Shown in pieces: positions 52,270-64,000 of a DNA stretch of 64,000 nucleotides. The position numbers and the translations under genes were made by a program. Below the pieces are notes generated by a model that saw nothing but the letters and a program-made list of their open reading frames with translations, ran no database searches and was not told where the DNA came from. This DNA is from Octopus sinensis (lineage: Eukaryota), in assembly GCF_006345805.1 (NCBI RefSeq), contig NC_042999.1, positions 56,420,001 through 56,484,000 on the forward strand, in the 5' to 3' direction. Every line of letters begins with the position of its first letter. Within the stretch, counting starts at the first letter, position 1.

Positions 52270-52640
52270 TTTTACTGGTTTCAGTCATTTGACTTTGGCC
52301 ATGCTGGAGCACCGCCTTTCGTCGAACAAATCGACCTCCACGACTTATTCTTTGTAAGCCTAGTACTTATTCTATTGGTTACTTTTGCCGAACCGCGAAG
52401 TAACGGGGGCGTAAACACAATAGCATCGGTTGTCAAGCGATGGTGAGGGAACAAAGACAGACACAGAAATACATACATAAATACACAACGGGCTTCTTTT
52501 CAGTTTCTGTCTGCCAAATCCACTCACAACGCTTTGGTCGGCCCGAGTCTGTAGTGGAAGGCAGTTACCCAAGGTGCCACGCAGTGGGACTGAACTCGGA
52601 ACCATGTAGTTGGAATGCAAGCTTCTTACCGCACAGTCAC
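52270..52640 (-). mobile_element. SINE family B
   Basis: Full-length reverse-complement copy. Confidence 0.85.
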
Positions 52641-53199
52641 TCGTTAATTTTTTTTTTTGTAAACTTTTGAAAATTTTAATTATTACGAGTCTTTTTTTAA
52701 ATAGTGGGTGTATAGTCCTGTTTGATAATTTTATATATGCAGGTTGGGGTTTTGTCCCACACCAGTATCAGTATAAAATTTAAGTGTTTGTTGATGTTGA
52801 CGTCTAGCCCTTGGCCAGACCTGATTCAACAAGTATTAATCAAAGATGTTCAAAACATAACCATCTCAACTTATTTTGAGATAGTGAATTTACGTTCAAA
52901 TGATGTATCCACATGGCATTCTTTTTCTCATGATTTGAAGGCGATTTAGTTACTATTTCTAACAAGACACCTAGGAGGCCCTTCATCTGTTATAGTGGTG
53001 CATGTTGATAAGTACAGATTGATATTTCACACACAGAGTTTTTTTTTTATGAAGTATAACACAAGACGATGAATCGAGGGGTAATTATCAATTCCGTTTA
53101 AAGAAAAGAATATTCCAAGCTTCCCTTGGAAACTATCGAACTTTTTGCACAACACAACTACGAAATAATAAAGGAGTATATAATACACATGCAATCATA

Positions 53200-53369
53200 T
53201 ATATATATATATACATATATATGGGCTAAGGTAAAGAATACGTACACCCGGTGGTTAGGGTTAGTTTTAGGGTTTTTGTTACGCAGAAAACCGGTGGTGT
53301 GCTTATTTTTTACCTCTGCCATATATATGTGGGTATATAAACATGCATACATATGTATATATTGACATG

Positions 53370-53401
<32 letters not shown>

Positions 53402-53545
53402 TATGGGCTAAGGTAAAGAATACGTACACCCGGTGGTTAGGGTTAGTTTTAGGGTTTTTGTTACGCAGAAAACCGGTGGTGTGCTTATTTTTTACCTCTG
53501 CCATATATATGTGGGTATATAAACATGCATACATATGTATATATA
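53200..53545. repeat. 182-bp tandem duplication, each unit carrying a 98-bp mini-MITE (53223-53320, 53405-53502)
   Basis: Imperfect TIRs GGGCTAAGGTAAA / TTTACCTCTGCC in (TA)n context; internal GGTTAGGGTTAG. Confidence 0.85.
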
Positions 53546-54099
53546 TATATATATATATATAAACACACACATATGGCCGTTACACACATGCACACTCTCA
53601 CATGTACATATATAAGCACATATACATATGTGAGACATGAAGTAAAGGCCTTAGAGAGGGCGGTGATGGGGATGACAGGTGATAAAGCTCTAACTACTAT
53701 GACAGTAAGCTGCACAATATATATGTATATAGATACGTTCAGTTGAGAGGTGTTCAATTAATGGACATTACCTCAGTTAAGAAACACCAGCAGCCGCACA
53801 GCTATATCAGATTGTGACAACATTTAGCAAGTTCTCTGTAATAATATTGATGCTAATTGACATGTTGGCAAGAGAAGGAAGTGGGAGTTCGGTCTGTTGT
53901 CGCACTGGATGCTGGGTAACTCGCCACGACATTGAAAAAAAAAAGTTACTTAGTTACCAATAAATAGTTCTTCCAAACGAATATCTTGCATTCTCATATC
54001 GAAACGAAACTAATTGTTATCGTTAGTAATGTTTTTTAATGGTTGGTTATAAAAAACATAGCGCTTATAAACGAAAGAGAAGGAAACTGGCTATTTTGA

Positions 54100-54217
54100 C
54101 AGTGTCAGTCAAAGTTACCTCTCATGACGTCAGCTATGAGTCATAAATAAATTAATTGCCATTATTTGTTAGGACGCATGCGCAACTCTTTCGTAATCCG
54201 GGCACTATGCAGGTCAA
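54100..54217 (+). promoter_or_regulatory. Putative housekeeping-type promoter
   Basis: Locally CpG-rich unique DNA with TGACGTCA (CRE) at 54125, GCATGCGCA (NRF1-like) at about 54176 and AATATGGCG (YY1-like) over the ATG. Confidence 0.45.
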
Positions 54218-54294
54218 TATGGCGCCCATCGGTGATCGAAGAGGAGAGACCGACCCTTTAGCCGGTCTGGAGGCTGGAGAATCGCAAAATTTAT
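54218..54294 (+). CDS. Candidate first coding exon of an unidentified gene (MAPIGDRRGETDPLAGLEAGESQNL...)
   Basis: ATGGCG start in a GC-rich island, ending at a plausible donor TG|GTCAGT followed by AT-rich intron-like DNA. Downstream exons could not be assigned. Confidence 0.4.
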
Positions 54295-54941
54295 GGTCAG
54301 TACATAATTTTAATATCTTCTCTAAAGCTTCTCTTAATACTCTATTCACCATTTTACTTTGCTGCTTGTTATACGTTTAAATCTCTTACCCGTACTCTGT
54401 CTGATGGGATGGCTACTCGCCCAGTTTGCCATTCCTATTAAATAATATTTGCTTCTGACAACTTTATTTATCTGTCCCGTTACACTTATTTATACTTATT
54501 ATCATCCCTATGTAAATCCATAACTTAGCACTATAAGAGTTCTATTTCATTAGCATAGCATTTTTTCGCTTTCTTTTTGCTGTATTCGTCTATTTTCAGC
54601 CCATCATTTTGATGTCATCTTTTTTTTTTTTTTTTAAACCCACACCTAAGCTATCTTAACAGGAAGGAACCCTGGAAAATATTATCTCCACAAAATAACT
54701 ACTGTAACTTATTACTCAGTGATTCGTTTATTATGTCATAATTTATGAAAGGAATTAATATGCGAAAGATGTTCGCTTGTTATAATTATTTTTTTATCAT
54801 TCCATATTAGTGAGTCCAGCTATGTCAGTTAGCTGCTAGATTTTTTTTCTCTTTTTAATATGAGAAAATTATATTCACAAACCTGAGGTGAATGAGATAG
54901 TTTGATGCTATTTTAAACGATAGTGTATAAATTGTGTGTGC

Positions 54942-54976
<35 letters not shown>

Positions 54977-55819
54977 TACACACACACATGTATATATGTA
55001 TGTGTATACATATATTGAATAAGATTGTTTATTGTTGAGATGACAGCTTATGAGTATACAGTTAGTGTGTATGTATACGCAGACATTTATACACAATTGT
55101 GTGTATATGTAGTTTTATGCCTTTTAGACGTCAGCTTATATGTATAAAAGTAAGCCAGCTGTTTGTCACACTTCCGTTTGTGGGTCAGGCCTTATTTCTT
55201 TGCAGTCATTGCATCTTGTACCCTGCCTTCATTTATCACGTGTAGAGGAAAAAAGAAAGTGCAATGAGATATATATATATATATACATACATATACATAC
55301 ACACATTAAGATTTGGCTGCGCTTGTTCTTTAAACATTGATAGTATTTCAGCTAAAGTCTTTTTCACTCCTGTCGCCACATTCAACAAGCTGATTGTAGT
55401 GGTCTATCTTCAACAAACATCAATACCGAGGTGCACCCAGAAAGTGGGTGGTTGAAAAATATTTATACTATAGAAATAATTGATTAAAGTCAGTTGTTTT
55501 ATTTTGAAATTTGATAGTTTTTTTTTTTTTTTTTTCTTCCAGTAGGTCATCTCTGTATTACTCATTTTTGCACGATCAATTATAAATAACCGTTTTAGAT
55601 AATAATAATCAGTGCTTTTAAGTTGGTAAATCATAGAAATATTTACAAATTATTTGCTATTATGTTCTTCATCTTTTAATATCCATCTTTGGGGCTCATT
55701 GCTGTTGACAATTATTGTCTTTGCATTTAAATGCGTGTGTGTGTGTATGTATGTATGTATGTATGTATGTATATATATATATATATGTGGCTGATTCGCA
55801 ATTTCACAACCTAAAGGCA

Positions 55820-55883
<64 letters not shown>

Positions 55884-58800
55884 TTATACCGTTAGAGACT
55901 GATATTTTCGTTCCTGGCCGCTAGGAAATATATTAAAATTCTCTAAAAGGATGGTCTGTCATAGCTACTACTCTTAATTCAGAAATATGCTTGAGAATCA
56001 CTTAAGCTGCTCAATAAATACGTACTTAGATTTATAGATATGTCGTTAAAATAAACAGTTTTAATGCTTACTATAAAAGCATAGTTTTTTTTTATCAAAT
56101 TATTGATTTATTTCTGTTAATGCTTACCTGTGTTATTGTGTTTTTACCAGCTGTAATCATATTTTGCAGTAGTCCTGTTGCTTACAACCTGCAACATGGG
56201 ATCTTCCGATATTGAACTGCGTAGTTCTAGCTTCAGTTTCTCTCGTTTTATATTAAGATATCTCTATTATATTCATTTATTAAAATGCTCCATACAGTGT
56301 ATTTATAAAAACCAACAACGAAGACGAAGAAGAAAAAAAAAAGGAATCTTCATTCATTTTTGTCTTTTCGTAATTGTCATCGTTTCGAATGTAAATTGTC
56401 TTCGAAATGTTCCAACATATGGTTTATTCATAAAATTGGCTGTTTTTTTTTTTTCCACATTCCATTCTTTAATTGGCACCATTGTCCAAATTTTCCCATT
56501 CTAAGTCAAATGTCATATTAAGCATGGAACGGTTTTAATTTCCAGTTGTCAAAGTTCTCAGTTATAATTCAATTAACTTTAACTAATCAAAATGTTTTGT
56601 TATTAGTATGTATGATGTCAAGCGTAACTCATTATTTTTCAGTTTATTCCATGCCATACTGTAATGGTTTAAATTTTTCATTCATACATATATAAAATTA
56701 TATGAAATATAAACCTCTCTCTTTCTATATGTGTCTTTGTGTCTTTTATAATTATTTCTATATAAAACAAACAATAGTTCAATGAAATAAAAAAATAAGA
56801 TTGGGCATGGTGTTTTATCACAGGAAGAAAAATGTTTTGTAAAGCATAATAGTTAAATCACATTTTTTGCAGATTAATGATCATGTCATTATGTTGTATG
56901 GATCTCAAATTAGAATAATTTTGTATGATAAAACAATCTTATAAATGTTAATTATTGACAGAACATGGGCAAAGATGCAGAATTGGCTTAAGTAATCAAA
57001 TTTCACAATATTTGTATTGAGAAATGTCTTGATATATGATACTTTTCAATTCTTTGTGAGCATGAATGAGCACTTTTAATGGCAGTATATTAGCTGTTGG
57101 TCTAAATAATAATTTGCTCATTTGATGGAGGAGAGAGAAAAGCCATTGGGTGCAACATACTGGAATTAAGTTAAAGATCATGTGTTTTAAACATGGATTT
57201 CGAAGTGTATTAGCAGTAAAAAAAACCCAAAAAACAAAAGAACTTGAAATTCCACAAGATGAAACATAGCCACCTTTGTTAGGAATATAGTTTATGTAAT
57301 AAACATGTATTTTAATATTGTTGTGAATAATTAGATAGAAAAACTTGTTTGTTTTTTATGGAAGAAAATTGCTTCCTAAAGAAAATAGAGGTAACCCATT
57401 TTGGGCTGTTGTGAAAGAAATTAAAAAAACCTGTCATAATGTTTAATTATTGTAGAAGAGAAATCAGTTGACCTTCAGTAGTGAAATTATCTGTTGTTTG
57501 ACCAGTTGTATTAAATGTCATCTTGCTGGTAAGGGAATAGACTCAATCTCATCAATTTACTGTGAGTTTAACTCGATGTGAGTTGTATGAACTAAATGTC
57601 TTTATAGATAGGTTGTAATGAAGATATTTTAGTAGTTTACTGACTGAATTATATACACAAACATGTTGTGTATTTTCTTAGCTGTAAAAATTATTTCTTT
57701 TCTACTTGGGGTAACTTTGTGAGGTGGATATTTGGTAGACAGAAACCGAAAGAAGCCTCTGTGTTTGTGATTTTGCATGATAGTTAATGTGACTGTCGTA
57801 CAGATGATATCATTTCCAATATTCTGCAAAACCATGTCTGGGGAAGTATTACCTTCTTTAGAAACAAGTATGGGTTGGCAACAGGAAGAGCATCACCAAC
57901 CCTACAAAATCATTCTAAAAATTAACCATTACCTCATCAAAATCTCAAAACTGTGATATAATGCATGGTTAATTCAAAACAATGTGAAGAAGCATTACTT
58001 TAGATGAAATAATTTGAATGTGAAAGGCTTAAATGATGATGACAAATCACTTAAATTGTTTTTTCAAATTTCTTTTTGTTTTTTAATATAGTATTAGTCC
58101 AACAAATTGGGTTTATTGATGAAACCAGTTACATCCAGGGTTTCTCTGTTCTCCTTTAAATTGATCTCTGAGCTATCTCTAGAAACCTGTATGTACATAA
58201 AATACTTTCGGCTAAGGAAGTCTGCACTGTCTGTTAATGTATTTTATTATCCAATGCCCAGAGATAGGGCTACTGAACCATGTTTGGGGAGCTTTATGAA
58301 AGACAGATTTCCAAAATGATTGCAGATCTTACCAGAACGCAATATTAAATATTAATGGTACTATTGACGTTTCCATAGATACGTTAATGATGTTAATGGA
58401 TTTGGCCAGTGTTGACCGTATAACATTACTTAAAGAGAAAACAATGTCAGAAAGGTGTTGTCATTTGTTTTCTCAAATGATCTTTCTAAACTGAAAGAGT
58501 TATTGTGATTTCCATATTTGTATTTCTAACGAAGCATTGAAAGACTATACTGTGTGTGCATGCAATAACAAAGATGTTCTTGTGTTACCCTAACTCAGCT
58601 ACTCAACTCTGGTGACCAAACCTGTCAATCAAAAGCAATTCGATTGTGATTATGCACCACCTTTTTAAGGAGTGCCTGAGACTACATTATTTAATGACCT
58701 CTACCCCTCCCCCACCTTTTTTTTAAACAGTTGGGTGTTATTTGAGGGAAATTTTGTTACTCTTTCATAAATATAAAAATAATACAAATTCAAAATTTAC

Positions 58801-59544
58801 ATCCTGCCTCTGCACTAGAACAATAGGCAACTAAAACTGTCTGACTACTTAGAAAATGCTTCATAATCTCTGACATTTTCTCAGAGACACCCCACATTCC
58901 TTATTTTAGTAGTGGAGTAGTTCTAAACGGTTCACAAAAATGTGAAAATGGCCTACACTATTACTTCCACATTTTTTAGGCACACCCACTGTGCACACAT
59001 AGGCTAGCAAGGGAGCCTCTCTCTCAATATGCTGGCAATAGCAGCTGACTCTCCCTCATAGCACTCCTTAATGTCTTATTAAAAAAAAGTGTTGGGTAAT
59101 CTGATCCTAGGTTTTTGGACTTAGGGCAAAGACGGAATGGTCATGGCTGGACTGCCTTTTAATCATAGGTCTAATCAACAGCTACCCATGCATCTATGCC
59201 CCAGCTGTATGATATATATACACACACTTATAACTTTCTGTCAAACTATATTCTTCCTTTATTTCTTCAATCTCCAAGTTCTTCAGTTGTCTCTTTTATT
59301 GTATCTTAGTGCCCACCTTGCTCAATGTTTCCCCATTTCCTTCACAGCTTACTTCTCTTTCAATTACTACCAATTCTCTTAACTGAAATTGTATGAAAAT
59401 GATAAAGGCACTTGTCTATCTCTTGAACAAATAGCATGTAAATCAAAACGGTGTTGCTTTTGGACTTCATCTATTTCTTTTGCCACCACATTCTGAATGG
59501 CTTGTTTCAGCTGGGATAATATGCATTCGTCTCTGTCTTGACAT

Positions 59545-60095
59545 TACATGATACTTGCAAATATGTGTCAGCCATATAATGTCCTTCGTTTCCAAGCTTA
59601 CATGTCTGGTCATAGGAAGTATAACTTGGAAACAAGCCAGGGTTGGTGACAGGAAGGGCATCCAGCTGTCCAAAAATCCACTTCTGTGAATTCAGTCTGA
59701 CCTATGTGAAAATGGAGAAGTGAACATTAAAACTATGATGCTTGGAATTCATTTTAAAATTTAGGCATATCACATATGAAGTATTAAGATATTTATGTTG
59801 CTTGGTCCTGGATAATCTCTAGTTTAGAGGCTATTCAGGACTTGTTATCCACTGTCATCAAACATATTTCTGATAACTGAATTTAGGTTGTTCCAATTCA
59901 TTATCATTTAACATCCACTTTTCCATGCATGTTAGATTTGTTGAGGCAGATTTTCTATGGCTGGATGCCCTTCCTGTTACCAACAATCACTTGTTTACAA
60001 ATAAGGCCATATTTCCTGTGACCAGACATGTTTTCTGCTGAAGGCTGAAAACGAATGTTTATTTGACAGTAATACTCATTTATTACCATCATGTG
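59545..60095. repeat. Two diverged family A-related copies (plus 59545-59715, minus 59900-60095)
   Basis: GGAAGGGCATCCAGCTGT / TATGGCTGGATGCCCTTCC core. Confidence 0.55.
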
Positions 60096-60119
60096 ATGTC
60101 CATACAAACACAAATATAT

Positions 60120-60560
60120 ATGACAGGCTTCTTTCAGTTTCTGCCTATCAAATCCAATCACAAGTTTTTGGTCAGCCTGTGACTATAGTAGAAGGCACTT
60201 GTAAGATTCCACACATTGGGACTGACCCAATGACCACAGGGTTAAGAAAGCTTCTCAATTACATAACCAAGTCTACACCTTCAAGTTTGTTTGAGATATA
60301 TCGTGCATGACCTTCGGAAATGGTAAAATATTGGAAGGAAGATTAGAGAATGGATTGTAAGCATTTTATCAAACAGCCAACATTCTACATTAACTCTTCT
60401 TCTTAGGTATGGCTACTTAAGTAGTTCACTTTGCAACCACAAGATTTCAAGTTCAGTCTCACTGTGTGGCACCTGAGGAATATATCTTCTATAGTTGAGG
60501 CTGACCAAAAACTTGTGTGGAATAGGTTAACGGAAACTGAAAGAAACCCGTCACACGCAT
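60120..60560. mobile_element. Two family B SINE head fragments (minus 60120-60280, plus 60410-60560)
   Basis: GGCTTCTTTCAGTTTC / GGAAACTGAAAGAAACCC. Confidence 0.65.
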
Positions 60561-61639
60561 GTGTTTCTTTACATTTTTGCTTCCCCAAATGTTGCTGAGT
60601 AACGAGTGGCCGTGTCTTCATTTCTCCTCTCAACAAATCATCTGATCTTGCAGCTTGGGGTATGAGACCCCTAATCTGAAAATTATATAACAGTAACTGA
60701 TTGGGCATCTGATTGTAAAACAAAAGCTTCAATGTATTTGTCTATCCCTTAGAAAAACAAATATGACCAAATATTCTGTGTTAAATTTCTTCCCTTCTCA
60801 TAGGATCCCAATTACCCCTCTTGAAATACCAACCAGATATATTGGTAGAAAATACAGACTTTTAAATTATAAGATATTTTAATTATATATGCATACAAAT
60901 ATGTTGATGTTAAATAAAAGTGCATAATGCACTGTTGTAACCTGAGGTCAGCTCTAACCAACAGATAGCCAGCCATGTGATTAGACATGATCCATAAATC
61001 TATTATTCTAGTTATGCTGTATCTCTTTCTTGTAGAATATCATATTGCACACTTTGGCACATAGTGTAAATACTGCTCTCCACTCGTTTCTGAATACCTT
61101 GAGAGTGTAATAGTTGACTCTGGTCAGAGTGCAGCAGTTACCATTCTTTTGCATCTGCTATTGGGTAATAGACATGCTATTGTTGTCTTTCCTCACATCT
61201 TTGTTCCATCTGTACTACTAAGCCTACCACTCCCAATCTTCTGTCTTGTCTCTCTTCCACCTCCCTCCCCTTCCTTGTCCTAGATTGCCAAGTATCTCCC
61301 CTGTAATAAGACAGCTATTCTTGTCCCATGATCATACTCTAGCTTCTAGCCTAGCACACAGCCACCTCTGTCAGTTCCTCTCCCTCTCTCAGCTGAGAGA
61401 GGGTGAGGAACTGAATTTGGTTAATGGGAACCATGTCATGTGAATGGCTGTATAGGTTTTGTATGTATGTCTTTTGCCATAAGCATAGAATGTAAATATT
61501 GAAAGCAATGAGAAAAGTCAGTTTTCTTGGTGCAAAGTCCCTTATGATATTTGTTCTGTACTAAAACACTCCCTTGTCACTCATCATATAGTGAACCAGT
61601 TACTGTCCTCTTGAGAATCTGTGAATATTTTACAATTTT

Positions 61640-62910
61640 CTTAATCTTTTATCTTTTACTTGTTTCACTCATTAGACTGTGGCCATGCTAGGGTACTGCC
61701 TTGAATTTTTAGTCGAATGAATGGATCGCAGTACTATTTTTTTAAGCCTGGTACTTATTCTATCTGTCTCTTTTGCCAAACCGTTAAGTTCTGGGGATGT
61801 ATACGCACCAACACCGGTTGTCAAGTGATAAGGGGACAAACACACCCATACACATCATCATCATCATCGTTTAATGTCCGCTTTCCATGCTAGCATGGGT
61901 TGGATGATTTGACTGAGGGCTGGCAAACCAGATGGCTGCACCAGGCTTCAATCTTGATCTGGCAGAGTTTCTACAGCTGGATGCCCTTCCTATCGCCAAC
62001 CACTCCGAGAGTGTAGTGGGTGCTTTTACATGCTACTGGCATGGGGCCAGTCAGGTGGTACTGGTTACGACCTCGCTCAAATCTTTTACACATGTCACTG
62101 GCACAGGTACCTGTAAGGTGATGCTGGTAACGATCACACTCGAATGATGTCTTTTATGTGCCACCGGCATGGAGGCCAGATAGCTGCTCTGGCAACAATC
62201 ATGCTCGGATGGTGCTCTTAATACCCTACTAGCATGGGGCTCAAATGCCAGTAAGGTGACGCTAGTAACGATCACACTTGAATGGTGCCTTTTAAGTGCC
62301 TCTGCCACGGAAGCCAGTTAGCCGCTCAGTCAGTGATCACATTCATATGGTGCTCTTTGCACCCTGTTAGCATGGACGCTAGTCATCGATTTTGATTTCA
62401 CTTGCCTCAACAGGTCTTCGCAAGCAGAGTTTTAGTGTCCAAAGAAGGAAAGGTACACATAGTGGGCTGGTTACGCCCCTGGCATAGGCCATGAGATTAT
62501 GGTCTCATTTGGCTTACCTGGTCTTCTCACGCACGGCATATTTCCAAAAGTCTCGGTCACTAGTCATTTCCTTGGTGAGGCATAAAGTTCGATGGTCATG
62601 CTTCACCACTCTATCCCAGGTCTTCCTGGGTCTACCTCTTCCAGTTTCCCTCAACTGCTAGAGTGTGACACTTTTTCACACAGCTATCCTCATCCATTCT
62701 CGCCACCTGACCGTACCAGCACCGTTATATATATATACACACACACACACACACGATGGACTCTTTTCAGTCTCTGTCAACCAAATCCACTCGCAAGGCT
62801 TTGGTCTGCTCGAGGCTCGGGTATAAGACACTTGCCTGAGGTGCTCTGCAATGGGACTGAACCTGGAACCATGTGGTTTAGAAGCAAGCTTCCTACCATA
62901 CAGCTGCTCC
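61640..62910 (-). mobile_element. SINE family B split by a nested RTE 3' end (61852-62730)
   Basis: SINE halves at 61640-61850 and 62755-62910; the insert has (CAT)n, multiple family A modules and the GRPRKTWDRVVKHD C-terminal motif. Confidence 0.8.
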
Positions 62911-64000
62911 TGTGCCTAATATTTGTTTTTCTTAAAAATCTGCCAGATAATGCCAATTTTACAGTGTACATGGCTCATATTTTGTGGTACTAGCGCTAGT
63001 GAGATTTCCAAGTAACTCGCAAAACAAGCCTTTTCAACTGTATTTGAGAAGGAGGTTGCAGTAGGGACAGGAATAGATGTTTTACTATAGAGGAGATCCA
63101 TGGTTATCTCACTTGGAAAGAGATAAAGATGGGAGTGATGAAGTGTCAAGATGTGTATCCTCTAGAGATATTTTCCAGATTTCAGACTTTCTCATCAAAG
63201 TAATATCATCATCCAGTGTTTTAAATCCAGGTTTTGTCCCCATTAACGGGTGTAGCTGAATCTACCTCAATGCTATAGCAACTGCCTTCACATCATCTCG
63301 CCAGGTTTTGGGCATCCTCCTTTCTCAAACCAACCCTCCCAATCTCCACTTTTTCCTCAGTCTACCTCGCTTTCACAGTTCATTTTTCTCAAATGCAAGC
63401 ACCCCCCCTCAGAACATGCTCCTCACTCTCCTCAACACATGTCCATACCACCGCACTCCATTCGCCCTTGCCAGCCGTTCCAGCATTCCCATCAAGTCCT
63501 CAGTCCTCCTCTTATCAAACATTGTCACCCCATACATTTCTCTCACCATGAATGAAGATAGTGTGATGCAAACTGACCCTTGATCATTAAGTATAGGACC
63601 CAGGTATGAGTGTGTGGTTAAGTTCTCACTGCATCACTTTGGAGAAGTGTCATCTAGTGTAGCTTGGGGGTTGACCAAACCCTTGAAATTTAGAAACTAG
63701 AAACTGTATAGAAACCAGTCAGTGGGACCATTTGTATTCTTGATTGTTCAGCTTTAATGCCACCACCTAGCCCTAATTTTCTTTTAACAGGGTCCATTCT
63801 CTGTTGCAAGCATTTAGGCCAGGTCTCTGTTGCTGCTCATCTCAAAGATTCCAAATTAAAAAATACATTAGTAAGGATGTGCATATTGTAGAGTGATAGC
63901 TAAAAGGTGCAGTTGTGCATAGAACAATGTGGTGGTTGCCCCATTAACTCTGTTTGCTTTCTTCCTATTTCTCTTTTTCACCCATCTATCATGGTTCTTC

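Noticed and set aside
52840-52985. Minus-strand MWIHHL..RWLCFEHL as a THAP domain
   Set aside because: The N-terminal CxxxC and flanking motifs are absent and a stop follows immediately.
53250-53275. Interstitial telomere or chromosome fusion site
   Set aside because: There are only about two TTAGGG units, embedded in a dispersed MITE.

Overview
Eukaryotic, AT-rich, repeat-dominated DNA. The repeat content (tRNA-derived SINEs, RTE/CR1 LINE remnants, very long TA/CA microsatellites) resembles a coleoid cephalopod such as Octopus; this is an inference from repeat types, not a database match. I found no complete host gene. The best host-gene signal is a CpG-rich promoter with a candidate first exon near 54.1-54.3 kb. 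Recognisable elements: a decayed Penelope-like retroelement (RT plus C-terminal GIY-YIG endonuclease, 34.1-36.5 kb) whose endonuclease is split by about 1.1 kb holding two SINEs and CAA/CAG-derived low-complexity DNA; several RTE and CR1-type LINE fragments; two DD37D (maT-type) transposase remnants and one DD34D-type mariner remnant; hAT, Tc1-like, Harbinger-like and foldback MITEs; non-autonomous Helitrons; and dozens of SINE copies. There are also several microsatellite-bounded tandem duplications, including a 1590-bp unit of unknown origin, and a 3.85-kb TA/TACA array. The most unusual signal is about ten minimal type-I hammerhead-ribozyme-like motifs. Some are near-intact, some sit in inverted or tandem arrangements like Penelope pseudo-LTRs, and three appear to have lost the same 3 nt of the catalytic core. 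All coordinates were read by eye and repeat boundaries are approximate.
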